From Fibrobacterota bacterium (GTDB lineage: Bacteria; Fibrobacterota; Fibrobacteria; UBA11236): DNA of 64,000 nucleotides. The stretch is from contig JAYUVP010000058.1 of NCBI GenBank assembly GCA_043753995.1, positions 1-64,000 on the forward strand, read 5' to 3'. A model generated the notes under the pieces. It was not told where the DNA came from and made no database searches. It worked only from the letters and a program-made list of their open reading frames with translations. A program made the position numbers and the translations under genes. Every line of letters begins with the position of its first letter. The first letter of the stretch is position 1. Shown one piece after another: positions 9,718 through 19,558 of the stretch.

Positions 9718-10385
9718 TTCATTTTTCTCAATTCGACGATATAGTAGGATGCGTAATGTGATAATATCGTTTTACAAAGCACGCCATCTATCTTTAGTAG
9801 AAGGGGCCGTAGTAGGGGCGGCAGTCTGTGGATGGGTATCAAAACGATACCTCGCCATCTTGAAATGGCCCAATGGGGCTTAATCAATTCAGAAATATCC
9901 GAAATGGTAAAATCGGTATTCCCATGCCAACCGGATTTTTTGTGATTCAGAATGCGTCTTCGCTTTGCTGACATGAAGTCCACGATTAATCTGCCTCCAG
10001 GCAGAATGACTTTCGAGGCATGGGCTAAAAAATCCTGAATTTGACGGCGCTCCATGTGCATGAACACATGAAAGCAGAGGCCTGCTTCAAAACCGGATAC
10101 ATCCGGTGGAATACGAGAAATATCGGCTTGAAAAAAAGTGCGATCCGGAAATTTTTTGGCTGCTATCTCTAGCATTTTTTCAGACCCATCCAGGCCTGTC
10201 ATTGCGTATTCCAAGTGCCGTCCGGTACCGCAGCCGAAATCGATCACTAAACTCTTGTTTGTGCCTTTAAGCCAAGAATCAAGCAGGGTTTTTTCAGACG
10301 AATCAATAAATTTCCCATAACTGTTCGAAAACCGAGAATTATCGTATTGGCTTGCTAGGCTATCGTAGTAGTCGATGATGGACAT
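9714..10385 (-). CDS. Class I SAM-dependent methyltransferase
   Basis: YYDSLASQYD, VIDFGCGTG, GLDGSEKML, PGGRLIV; 4-nt overlap with the VanW gene. Confidence 0.88.
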   Translation of the reverse strand: MSIIDYYDSLASQYDNSRFSNSYGKFIDSSEKTLLDSWLKGTNKSLVIDFGCGTGRHLEYAMTGLDGSEKMLEIAAKKFPDRTFFQADISRIPPDVSGFEAGLCFHVFMHMERRQIQDFLAHASKVILPGGRLIVDFMSAKRRRILNHKKSGWHGNTDFTISDISELIKPHWAISRWRGIVLIPIHRLPPLLRPLLLKIDGVLCKTILSHYASYYIVELRKMK

Positions 10386-10497
10386 GCGCTAGCATAAAAA
10401 CTACTCGATATTTCCCACTTCAAGCACAAACTAAAACCGAGGCCATGCCCTCTTCCTCTTACATGGCCCGGCTTGTCTAAGTGGTTTTCCTTATCCC

Positions 10498-12360
10498 TTA
10501 TGGGCCGAAAACATGCACATCATTCAGGCCACCGCCTTGGTTAGTGGCGTTATTGCTTTTAATGACAGGGTAGGGCCAGAAGGGATTATTCCGCGTCGGA
10601 TACCAGCTATCCACGTATATCTTCACGTACCTGCCAGTGACGGCGGAGGGGAGGCGTAGGGTATAGGGAGTGGTCGGAAAACTGGCGCTGCTATAGCTCG
10701 TGAAAGGGAGGGTGTCGGCCAGGGAATGGACCACCGCCTGGCTCGCATCCAGGATTTCCAGGCGGAAGGCTTGGGTTCCCCGATCATTGGCGCCGTCATT
10801 GTTGATGTTGTAGATATCAATGGTGCCCAGGGCGAATTCCTGACCCAAATCCACCTGCCACCATCCCGTTGTCTCGTTAGGCAAGACCCAGTAATTCCCC
10901 CCCCTTGGGGCGTCATAAGTCGAACCATCAATGGCCAGTGAAGGACGGACACTCTGGTTGTTTTCCCAAACCTCGCTGGCCGTCGCCGTTCCATTCCGTG
11001 CGAGATTGGTAGCAGGCTGCCGTAGGCTCAGAATGGCTCCCTCACTGGTGACAGTTCCACGAGTATTCGTTACTGTGACGGAATAGATACCGGAGTCTGC
11101 ATAAGTAACCGACGCCAGGGTCAAAGTCGCGGAATTCGCACCGGGAATAAGCACTCCATTCTTTAACCATTGGTATGCCGGTCCCACGTCGAAGGTTTGA
11201 ACAGCAAAGGTTTCGCTTTCACCGACAAATGCGAAACGCGACTTCGGCGCCCGGGTGATGATGGGAAATGCGTATTCATCGTCCAATACCGTGACGCATT
11301 GGGTGGCGCAGACCACCATTCGCCCGGGAGCTTGCTGAAGGATGGAGGTTTTCACCTCATTCTCGTTACCAAGCACCTTATCCCAGACAAAATTCCCTTG
11401 GGAATCTCTTTTCATGAGTCGGCCTTCTCCTGAAATCGGTGCTCCCCAAAGCACATAACCGTCGTCCATGGCTTTGACCGAGTAAGCCACTTCCTCAGTG
11501 TTATTGTTTCCTATAGTCTTTACCCAGAGTAGGTTGCCCAGGGCATCGGTCTTCATCAGTGCCGCGTCGCCGTCGAGATTCCAGAAGGACGTTGTGCTTC
11601 CCGCCAGGATATATCCGCCATCCTCGGTGAAGTCGAGGTCATTGGCGATATCCCTCCCTGACTCGGAGTATTTTCGAATCCATAGAGGGCGACCTACAGA
11701 GTCCGTTTTCATCAGGGTGGCATCCAACCCGGCCGAAGCGGATGTATCGCTGGCAACGCCAGCAAGCACCAAGGCGCCGGCCTCGTCCTGCTTCATGGCA
11801 TGGATCGCGCTGTAGGCGAAATCCAAATACTCATGGAACCAAACCACCGCACCCGTTTTGTCCGTTTTGAGGAGTACGGCATGGGTATTCTCCGTTTCGA
11901 AGCTGCCCTCTCCGGCAAGGACGAATCCTGAATCCGGCGTCGCAATTATCGCATGGAAGCGGTCCCGTCCGACACCCGTGAAGGTTTTATGGAATTCCAA
12001 GTGCCCCAGGGAATCGATCTTGGCCAAAAAACCATCTTGTTCGCCATTGACTAGCTCGCGATAACCGGTAATGGCCAGACCTCCATCCAGGCTCTGAGTC
12101 ACAGCCAGACCGACATGCCGCATTCCAGTGAATAACCACCGTGACCAGAGTGGAATCCCATCCGCGGTGAAATGAGTAATGGAAAGTTCCCCGGAATTGA
12201 AACCAACGCTGGCATAACCTCCGTCCTTCATTGCGCATGCGATATTGGTGGGCGAAGCGTTGGGGATGGAAACGCGTTTGAAGACGATCGGGTCTGCTAC
12301 GGCCATTTGGTGGAGGATGAAGAGAGCGGAGAACGAAGCAAAGACTTTCGATATTATCAT
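10498..12360 (-). CDS. Secreted protein: beta-propeller-like repeats, Ig-like domain and F5/8 type C (discoidin/CBM32-like) domain
   Basis: Signal peptide; repeats of DGG(Y/F)xxxG ... LxKxDxxGxxxW; YQWLKNG...DSGIYSVTVTN (Ig); NLARNGTATAS...AIDG...WWQVDLG...GRYVKI (F5/8C). Confidence 0.82.
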   Translation of the reverse strand: MIISKVFASFSALFILHQMAVADPIVFKRVSIPNASPTNIACAMKDGGYASVGFNSGELSITHFTADGIPLWSRWLFTGMRHVGLAVTQSLDGGLAITGYRELVNGEQDGFLAKIDSLGHLEFHKTFTGVGRDRFHAIIATPDSGFVLAGEGSFETENTHAVLLKTDKTGAVVWFHEYLDFAYSAIHAMKQDEAGALVLAGVASDTSASAGLDATLMKTDSVGRPLWIRKYSESGRDIANDLDFTEDGGYILAGSTTSFWNLDGDAALMKTDALGNLLWVKTIGNNNTEEVAYSVKAMDDGYVLWGAPISGEGRLMKRDSQGNFVWDKVLGNENEVKTSILQQAPGRMVVCATQCVTVLDDEYAFPIITRAPKSRFAFVGESETFAVQTFDVGPAYQWLKNGVLIPGANSATLTLASVTYADSGIYSVTVTNTRGTVTSEGAILSLRQPATNLARNGTATASEVWENNQSVRPSLAIDGSTYDAPRGGNYWVLPNETTGWWQVDLGQEFALGTIDIYNINNDGANDRGTQAFRLEILDASQAVVHSLADTLPFTSYSSASFPTTPYTLRLPSAVTGRYVKIYVDSWYPTRNNPFWPYPVIKSNNATNQGGGLNDVHVFGP

Positions 12361-12492
12361 AATATCCTGCCTTTCTAGCGGGTGTCGAAAAGGCGGGCGG
12401 CGGAAAGCCGCTCGTTCCCAGTGGACTTAGCTAGGCGGCATTGCATTCACGAATAGCCAGTATTGCGCGTCAGATTCAAAACGATTTAATCC

Positions 12493-13167
12493 TCAGTCAC
12501 TAGACCCCGAACGCTTCCCAGGAACAGGTTGGCTCACGCAAGGACTGTCGCCGAGATAAAAGCGCAAGGGCCAATCGGCGGCCACGCGAATGCCGACGCG
12601 GGTGGTCGTCACCAGGGATTTCAAGCGTGCGGGTTTCCAATCGGAGCTGCTAGCGGCGGGCCTGAGCTGCAAGATTTCACCGCTTAAATGGATGCCGGAA
12701 AATCGGCGTCCTAGGCCCATGGCGATGCCGAGCTTGCCTGGGCCGCGGCACAAGTCCTCTATGGCGAAGGCCTTGGGCTTGATTTGCAAAGTGCAGCCTT
12801 CGACCTCGGTCTCCGGTATTTTCACGCGAAAATTTTGCCGCCGTTTTTGCATGAGGTCGAAACCGGTCAGGGGTTCGAGGGCTCGAATCAAAACGGCCTC
12901 GCCCACGCCAACGGGGCCAGTGACCACGTTAAAGCAGTCGTACATGCCGTAAATGAGGTAGACATAAGCATGGCCTGGCGGGCCGAACATGACGGTATTG
13001 CGTGCCGTTTTCCCCCGGGATGCATGGCAGGCGGGGTCGTCGTGCAGATAGGCCTCGGTTTCGACGATGCGACCTGCCGTCACCCCTTCGGGGCATTGAT
13101 GCCAAAGCACGGCCCCCAAAAGTTGTCGGGCAGCCGTGACTGTATTCTCTAATTCAAGTCGGCCCAT
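12493..13167 (-). CDS. mpg: DNA-3-methyladenine glycosylase (MPG/AAG family)
   Basis: AARQLLG, GRIVETEAY, MFGPPGHAYVYLIYGMY, AVLIRALEP, GPGKL, RVGI; start placed at ATG 13167 near the terC stop (ATG 13200 is an alternative). Confidence 0.9.
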   Translation of the reverse strand: MGRLELENTVTAARQLLGAVLWHQCPEGVTAGRIVETEAYLHDDPACHASRGKTARNTVMFGPPGHAYVYLIYGMYDCFNVVTGPVGVGEAVLIRALEPLTGFDLMQKRRQNFRVKIPETEVEGCTLQIKPKAFAIEDLCRGPGKLGIAMGLGRRFSGIHLSGEILQLRPAASSSDWKPARLKSLVTTTRVGIRVAADWPLRFYLGDSPCVSQPVPGKRSGSSD

Positions 13168-13921
13168 CGCCGCGTTCTTCGGTGTGGAACTGGGGTTCAT
13201 TGGCCGGAGCCACCTTACGGTCGCGCCAGCGGAAATACCCCGCGAAGCCAGCAACCAGGGCAATGCCCAGGCCTTCGCCTATCCATTTCGCCGTGTGATG
13301 CCAAGCCTCAGGTACGATATTCGCTTTCAGGAAATGATCGGTGGCAATCATTTCACCACCGATTTTGCCTAATAGCAAGGCGCCCAGAATCACTATCCAG
13401 GTATAGCGGGCCATCAATTTGGAAAGCATGGAGCTGGCGAAAACCACCAAGGGAATGGAAAGCATGAGTCCAAACCAAAGCAAAAGGGGATTGCCATGCG
13501 AGGCTCCCGCGACGGCCATGACATTGTCAAGTGACATGGAAGCATCGGCAATGAGTATGAGTTTGATGGCGTGGCCAATGGATTCGGCGGGTTTATGGCG
13601 AACGGCATGTTCTTCATTTTCAGCCAGCAATTTCACGGCAATCCACAGAATGGCCGCGCCGCCGACGAATTTGATGAATGGCGTCGTGAGCAATACCGAG
13701 GCAATGAGGGTGAGCCCTACTCGAAGAGCCACTGCCGCGCCCGTGCCGATAAGTATGCCCTTGCGGCGCTTTTCTGCGGGAAGGGATTGCACTGCCATGG
13801 CGATGACGATGGAGTTGTCGCCGGATAGGATGATGTCGATGAGGATGATGCTGAGCAAGCCTGAAAAAAAGGCCGCGTCAAATTGCAGATGCGGCAGCAG
13901 GCTGAGAATCCATTCGCGCAG
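13154..13921 (-). CDS. TerC family (YjbE-like) integral membrane protein
   Basis: IILIDIILSGDNSIVIAMA, IADASMSLDNVMAVAGA, FGLMLSIPL; the frame is open upstream of TTG 13858 to a CTG at 13921 preceded by GGAGG. Confidence 0.88.
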   Translation of the reverse strand: MREWILSLLPHLQFDAAFFSGLLSIILIDIILSGDNSIVIAMAVQSLPAEKRRKGILIGTGAAVALRVGLTLIASVLLTTPFIKFVGGAAILWIAVKLLAENEEHAVRHKPAESIGHAIKLILIADASMSLDNVMAVAGASHGNPLLLWFGLMLSIPLVVFASSMLSKLMARYTWIVILGALLLGKIGGEMIATDHFLKANIVPEAWHHTAKWIGEGLGIALVAGFAGYFRWRDRKVAPANEPQFHTEERGDGPT

Positions 13922-14006
13922 AAGTCACCTCCGAGTGGGGAAAGGCCTAAATGTAATGGATTGCGGGCTGGGGCCAGTCGGGGGGATGTGGTACTTTAGG
14001 GACACC

Positions 14007-15269
14007 ATGCGAATCCTCATGCTCACCAACACCTATTTGCCGCATGTCGGCGGAGTGGCCCGCTCGGTGGAGAGAACGCGTTTGGCTTTGACGGCGCGGG
14101 GACACCAGGTCTGCGTCATCGCTCCAGAATTTTCTGGCGGCGAATCGCAGGAAGAAGAGAATGTCATCCGCGTCCATGCCTTGCAAAACTTCAATGGCAG
14201 CGATTTCTCGGTGCGTTTGCCCATACTCGGACAACTCGATGAGCCGGTGAAGGCCTTTGCCCCGGATTTAGTGCATGCCCATCATCCCTTTTTGCTCGGA
14301 GATACGGCGGTAAGGCTGGCTTCGGATTATCGCTTGCCCTTGGTTTTCACCCACCACACCTTATACGAGCAGTACACGCATTATGTGGGAAGCAGCGCGC
14401 CCGGACTCAAGCGATTCGCCGCCCAACTCTCTACCGAATTTGCCAACCTCTGCGATCATGTCGTCGCGCCCAGTGGCAGCTTGCAAAAATTGATTCGTCG
14501 CCGCGGAGTCAAAACACCCATTACCGTGGTGCCCACGGGCTTGGATCGCGAGGCCTATGATCCACCCGGGAAAGGCCATCGGCAGGCTTGGGATTTACCC
14601 GAAAGCGCTTTCGTGGTCGGGCATATCGGGCGGCTGGCCGCCGAGAAAAACCTGGGTTTTCTGGGCCTAGCCCTGGCGCGATTTCTGCGCGAGAACAAGG
14701 GCGCCTATGCCTTATTTGCAGGGCAAGGACCGATGGAGGCCAAGCTGAAGCACCGTTTCGAGAAGCTCGGCGTGGCCGATCGCGTGCGCTTCGCGGGTGT
14801 GCTGCGTGGATCGGATGTGACCCGAGCCTATGCCACCATGGACCTCTTCGCCTTCGCGTCCAAGTCGGAAACCCAAGGCATGGTTTTAGCCGAGGCTATG
14901 GCCGTGGGCACCCCGGTCATCGCCTTGAATGCCCCCGGCGCGCGTGACATCGTGCGTGACGGAGTCAATGGCCTGCTTTTGCCCAGGCAGCATTTGGATT
15001 CCTTCGTAGATGCCATGAGGACTTTCATCAAACTTACTCCAGAGCAACTCGCAAGTTACCGTCGAGAAGCCTTGGTCACCGCCAAAAGTCTGTCGCTTGA
15101 AAACACCATTTCCGATTTGGAAAAGGTTTATCAGGCTGCCCTGGCAAGCTATAGCGCCGGAGAGCCGGAAGATCAAGGTGGGTTTCAGCAATTGTTGAAT
15201 CGCCTGCAAGCCGAATGGAAATTATTCGCCGCCAAGGCTTCCGCGGCGGGAAGCGCCATCGCAGGATGA
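14007..15269 (+). CDS. Glycosyltransferase family 4 (diacylglycerol glucosyltransferase-like)
   Basis: MRILMLTNTYLPHVGGV, HAHHPF, THHTLYEQY, GRLAAEKN, SETQGMVLAEAMA; true start at ATG 14007. Confidence 0.9.
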   Translation: MRILMLTNTYLPHVGGVARSVERTRLALTARGHQVCVIAPEFSGGESQEEENVIRVHALQNFNGSDFSVRLPILGQLDEPVKAFAPDLVHAHHPFLLGDTAVRLASDYRLPLVFTHHTLYEQYTHYVGSSAPGLKRFAAQLSTEFANLCDHVVAPSGSLQKLIRRRGVKTPITVVPTGLDREAYDPPGKGHRQAWDLPESAFVVGHIGRLAAEKNLGFLGLALARFLRENKGAYALFAGQGPMEAKLKHRFEKLGVADRVRFAGVLRGSDVTRAYATMDLFAFASKSETQGMVLAEAMAVGTPVIALNAPGARDIVRDGVNGLLLPRQHLDSFVDAMRTFIKLTPEQLASYRREALVTAKSLSLENTISDLEKVYQAALASYSAGEPEDQGGFQQLLNRLQAEWKLFAAKASAAGSAIAG

Positions 15270-17659
15270 TTCATATTGTCGAAAAATGGTTACGACAAGC
15301 CCGCCGCGCCTTAAGCCGTGATGAATGGTCCTGGCGGCTATTACGTCTACCGCGCCCTAAGCCCAGCGATGGAAAGCGCGGCTTATTGCTCATCCAAATC
15401 GATGGATTGTCGCAAGGGCAATTGGAAAAGGCCTTGCGGAGCGGACGACTGCCCTTTCTGCGCAGTCTCTTGCGCCGAGAAGGCTATGCCGCCCATGCAT
15501 TGTATTCAGGAATGCCTTCGACAACGCCGGCGGCTCAAGGCGAATTGTTTTATGGGCGGCCTTGCTGCGTGCCTGCTTTTGCTTATAAGGCGCGCAGTGA
15601 TGGGCGCGTAATGACCTTGCTGAATGCTGAGAGCGCCGATCGCATCGAAGTGTCTCTGGCGGGTGAGAGCGACGAGCCCTTGCTGTCCGGGGGAAGCGCA
15701 TACTCCAATATTTATACGGGCGGTGCGGCCGAGTCGCATTTTTGCGCTTCGCGCCTTTCCCCGAAGGCCGTGCTACGTCACAGCAATCCTCTGGCGCTCG
15801 CCATTGTCTTGCTTTGGAATTTGCCTTCGGTGCTGCGCTTAGTCACCTTGCTGGCCATGGAGACGGCCTTAGCCATCTATGATGCCGCGCGCGGATCCCT
15901 GCAGCGCGGCGAATTCGGGCCTGAATTCAAATTCATTTTTTCGCGCGTCTTGGTTTGCGTGGGGCTTCGCGAAGTGGTGACGGCCATGGCCAGCATGGAT
16001 TTAATGCGGGGCCTGCCCGTGGTGCAGCTCAACTTCGCTGGCTATGACGAGCAAGCGCATCGCCGTGGGCCTTCTTCTGCTTTCGCGCATTTTTCCCTGC
16101 GCGGTATCGATCGCTGCATTCGCCGACTTTATCATGCCTCGCATCGTTCGAATCAACGCGACTATGAAGTGTGGGTGTATAGCGATCATGGCCAGGAAAG
16201 CACCACGCCCTATTTGCGTGAGACGGGCCGCACCTTGCAGGAGGCCGTGCGCTCGGCCTTGGCTCCCGCCTCCGTCGCCCCTGTGACCAAGGTCGAGCGC
16301 GTGGTGCGCAGCGAGAATCCCCTTGGATCCCGGTGGGAGAACTCATTCACCCGCCATAGTAACACCCATGCGACGGTGACCGAAACTCAAGACGACCCCC
16401 TGGTCTTAGCCTATGGCCCCATCGGGCATATTTACCTAGCCTCGCCCTGCTTGCCCGAATTGCAAGCACGCATCGCCGCGACTTTGCAAAAGCAGGCGGC
16501 CATTCCCATTGTGCTCTATCGCTTGGCCGAAGGACGCGCTCAGGCAGTAACTTCGGAGGGTGTCTTCCGTTTGCCAGAAGATGCGGCCAAGGTGCTCGGA
16601 GCACGCCATCCTTTTTTGGCCACCTGCGCCACGGATTTAGCGGAATTGTGTCATCATGCCGACGCGGGGGATTTCGTCGTTCTGGGATGGCGGCCGAGAA
16701 GTCGCCCCCTGTCCTTTGCTTGGGAAAATGGCGCGCATGGCGGACCTGGGACGGAAGAAACGCATGCTTTCGCCTTGCTCCCAGCTGGCGTAACTCCCCC
16801 GATAACAGAAGGCGAGCCGGCTCAGCCCTTTCGTCATGCGCATTTGCGGAAATTGGCCCTGCGCATGCGGCACCGCGCGCCCCTCGCGGGCAAGGTGCCC
16901 GGCCTATTTCATCCCCGTGATCCCCAGGCCAAGCTGCGGGTGCTGACCTACAATGCCCACGCCTGCGAAGGCATGGATGGCAAGGTCAGTCCCACTCGCA
17001 TCGCCCGCGTCATTGCCCAGACCCGTCCCGACGTGATTTGCTTGCAAGAATGCTATGGTGCCGACCGGGGCGATCTCACCGCGCTAGTGATGGCGGCGCT
17101 AGAGAATGACTTTCATCACGATACGCTGAATGCGATGCAAGATGGCTATGGCAATGCCGTATTGAGCGCTTGGCCCCTGCGGCCGATTCTGCAAAAAGAC
17201 CTTCCCACCGTGACCGGTTATGCTTTGGAGATTCGCGGGGCTCAGTGGGCGGAAATCGAATGGCAGGGTCTTCCCCTGCAAGTTCTCAACACTCACCTGG
17301 GGCTTTTGGGTCGTGAGCGATTAGCGCAGGCCGAGGCCTTGGCTGGCGAGGAATGGCTACTGGCAGCCATGCAAAAAGGCCCGACCGTCTTGGCGGGTGA
17401 TTTCAATGCTGGCCCCAATTCGTCGCCCTTCCGCCTGCTCGACCGGGTTGTGCGCGATGCCCAGCAAAGCATAGTCGAGCACAAGCCACGCAATACCTTT
17501 TTCGGGCGCTTTCCCGTGCATCGCATCGACCATGTTTTTCTCAGTCCGGCCTTACAGGCCGTTGCGGCGGAAGTGCCGCGCAGTCACCTGACCCGCCTCG
17601 CCTCCGATCATTTGCCCGTACTGGTGGAAATGGTGGTGGTTCCGGCGGGAAAAACGTAA
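15266..17659 (+). CDS. Fusion of an alkaline-phosphatase/nucleotide-pyrophosphatase-like domain and an endonuclease/exonuclease/phosphatase (EEP) domain
   Basis: N-half LLIQIDGLS, PSTTPA, YDEQAH, YSDHGQ, GAHGG; C-half LRVLTYN, ICLQE, YGNAVLS, NTHLG, GDFN, IDHVF, SDHLP; ATGA overlap with GT4. Confidence 0.85.
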   Translation: MIHIVEKWLRQARRALSRDEWSWRLLRLPRPKPSDGKRGLLLIQIDGLSQGQLEKALRSGRLPFLRSLLRREGYAAHALYSGMPSTTPAAQGELFYGRPCCVPAFAYKARSDGRVMTLLNAESADRIEVSLAGESDEPLLSGGSAYSNIYTGGAAESHFCASRLSPKAVLRHSNPLALAIVLLWNLPSVLRLVTLLAMETALAIYDAARGSLQRGEFGPEFKFIFSRVLVCVGLREVVTAMASMDLMRGLPVVQLNFAGYDEQAHRRGPSSAFAHFSLRGIDRCIRRLYHASHRSNQRDYEVWVYSDHGQESTTPYLRETGRTLQEAVRSALAPASVAPVTKVERVVRSENPLGSRWENSFTRHSNTHATVTETQDDPLVLAYGPIGHIYLASPCLPELQARIAATLQKQAAIPIVLYRLAEGRAQAVTSEGVFRLPEDAAKVLGARHPFLATCATDLAELCHHADAGDFVVLGWRPRSRPLSFAWENGAHGGPGTEETHAFALLPAGVTPPITEGEPAQPFRHAHLRKLALRMRHRAPLAGKVPGLFHPRDPQAKLRVLTYNAHACEGMDGKVSPTRIARVIAQTRPDVICLQECYGADRGDLTALVMAALENDFHHDTLNAMQDGYGNAVLSAWPLRPILQKDLPTVTGYALEIRGAQWAEIEWQGLPLQVLNTHLGLLGRERLAQAEALAGEEWLLAAMQKGPTVLAGDFNAGPNSSPFRLLDRVVRDAQQSIVEHKPRNTFFGRFPVHRIDHVFLSPALQAVAAEVPRSHLTRLASDHLPVLVEMVVVPAGKT

Positions 17660-17718
17660 AGATTGCCCCTTGCTCCGGGCGGGGGAATCGTACAATAGAA
17701 GCGAAAAGGAAATAGAGT

Positions 17719-19332
17719 ATGACCCCTCCCACCGATAGCAAAAGCCCCCGAAGCCAGATTTTCGGTGGGGTGTTTTCCATGGCCTTTTCAATGGCCTATT
17801 CCATGGCTTTCTTGGCCCTTTTAGGCGCATCGGCAGGGTCTGCCCTGGCCGCCCAGGATTACCCGGGTTGCGGCGCCCTGGTGGAGTCGGAGTTCAAATT
17901 GGTGACCTTGGCCGACAACAAGACAAACGCGGTCAATGAGCCTTTGAAGATGGCCTTCGACATGGACAATCAGGGAGTCGTGGACGTTTACTTCGTGGAG
18001 CGCAGCGGCAAGGTTCGCAAGTATGTAGGCGCCACGAAGGAAGTCCTTAACCTAGGAACGGTGAAAGCCAACCTTGAGGCTGAGAATGGCCTGACTGGCA
18101 TCGCTCTGGATCCGGGCTTCAAGGTCAATAAGAGGCTCTATCTGTTCTATGGTATCCAGTCCACGGAGGGCTTCCAATTCCGCGTCTCGCGTTTCACCCT
18201 CAATGAATCCAACTTGCTGGATATGGCCAGCGAAAAGGTTGTTTTAGCGATTACGGCTGCTGCCGGCCGCATTCATACCGGGGGTGCCATGGCATTCGAC
18301 TCGCAGGGGAATCTCTTCATCACCGTGGGCGACAATGGCGAAGCGGAAAGAGGGCCTGGCAATACCAATGACCTTCGGGGCAAAATCCTGCGCATTCGTC
18401 CCACCGCCGAAGGCGGCTATACCATCCCAAGTGGCAACCTCTTTACCGAGGGCACGGCCAAGACGAGGCCGGAGATTTACATCATGGGCACTCGAAACGC
18501 CTATTCCCTCACCCTGGACCCGACCCGGCCGGGCTGGGTGAGTTGGGGCGATGTGGGACCCGATGGAAAAGGGACCACCGAAGAACACAATACTGCCACC
18601 ATGGCGGCAAATTTCGGCTATCCCTTCTATGCCGGAAACCAAGTTCAGCTCATCGCCGGCGGGACCCCTGAAGCGCCAGTGAACAACCACGCCCAGAATA
18701 CCGGCCTCGTCAATCTGCCCCCAGCCAAAAAGGCCACCAATGCCTACGCACAGGCCGCGGCCCTGACCGGCCCCCTTTTCCGATACCGGAAGAAGACCGA
18801 CATCGGGCTCCCGCCTCACTTCGACGGCATGTGGTTCGTGACGGACTTCAACAACAATCGCATCGATACCATTCTTCTCAATAGCGCTGGAGATACCAAG
18901 GTGGGCATGGCCCAAGTCTTCCGCAATATCAAGCTGAGCCGCGCCTTGGACTTTCAGCAGGGACCCGACGGCGCGCTTTACATCATCAACTATTCGGGGT
19001 GGATGACCGCTACGGAAACGACGGCCCTAGTTCGCATCGAGTATAGCGGTAACTGCCGTCCAGAGCCGGTGATTGCCACCGGTAGAATGCCGACCCCGGA
19101 CAACCGCAGCTTCACGATCCGAGGACAGGTGATGGAAATCCTAGAGTCTGGAAGGCATGTCTTGGAGATCACCGACTTGGCGGGTTCCCGGTTGGCTCGA
19201 TATGAAGGCGAAGGTGCCAAGAGTTACGATCTCTCGGTCGCTGCAAAAGGCCGCGCCGGTCTCTACATCACCCGGCTAACCACTTCGGGCTTAACCCAAA
19301 ACAGCATCGCCGTCCTCGGTTCCCCGCAGTAA
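17719..19332 (+). CDS. Secreted GSDH/PQQ-dependent sugar dehydrogenase family protein with T9SS-like C-terminal domain
   Basis: Signal peptide; ENGLTGIALDPGF, HTGGAMAFD, GKILRIRP, GTRNAY, NFGYP, GPDGALY; tail ITDLAG...GLYI. Start may be one of the Met residues at 17779-17803. Confidence 0.88.
   Translation: MTPPTDSKSPRSQIFGGVFSMAFSMAYSMAFLALLGASAGSALAAQDYPGCGALVESEFKLVTLADNKTNAVNEPLKMAFDMDNQGVVDVYFVERSGKVRKYVGATKEVLNLGTVKANLEAENGLTGIALDPGFKVNKRLYLFYGIQSTEGFQFRVSRFTLNESNLLDMASEKVVLAITAAAGRIHTGGAMAFDSQGNLFITVGDNGEAERGPGNTNDLRGKILRIRPTAEGGYTIPSGNLFTEGTAKTRPEIYIMGTRNAYSLTLDPTRPGWVSWGDVGPDGKGTTEEHNTATMAANFGYPFYAGNQVQLIAGGTPEAPVNNHAQNTGLVNLPPAKKATNAYAQAAALTGPLFRYRKKTDIGLPPHFDGMWFVTDFNNNRIDTILLNSAGDTKVGMAQVFRNIKLSRALDFQQGPDGALYIINYSGWMTATETTALVRIEYSGNCRPEPVIATGRMPTPDNRSFTIRGQVMEILESGRHVLEITDLAGSRLARYEGEGAKSYDLSVAAKGRAGLYITRLTTSGLTQNSIAVLGSPQ
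17773..17808 (+). repeat. 12-bp tandem repeat x3 in the signal-peptide region
   Basis: ttttccatggcc ttttcaatggcc tattccatggct (FSMA-FSMA-YSMA). Confidence 0.7.
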
Positions 19333-19558
19333 ATTCCTTTCCCAGGTGGGATCCACTCGGGCTCCCACATCATGTTTTTCTCAATCCTGCATTTTCGTGA
19401 TGAAGATCACGGGGGTGGCTCCGCCTCCCCCGCCGTCAGCCTGCCATTCTCTGCGGGCACGGTCGGCATCCGGCTCCCCTCCGGTCTTTCGCCTGGGCGC
19501 GCTGCAGGCTAAATTTCGAGCCGCTACCCGAAAACGAAGAAAAAGGAAATCATCGCCC

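Noticed and set aside
12365..12490. c-di-GMP riboswitch upstream of the discoidin protein
   Set aside because: A single hairpin with a GAAA-containing loop on the opposite strand; the rest of the consensus is missing.
13419..14006. 196-aa N-terminal extension on the GT4 ORF in the track
   Set aside because: It is the antisense shadow of TerC; the GT4 fold starts at MRILML (14007).
13922..14006. yybP-ykoY (Mn) riboswitch ahead of TerC
   Set aside because: The 85-nt divergent intergenic region is too short and shows no recognisable motif.
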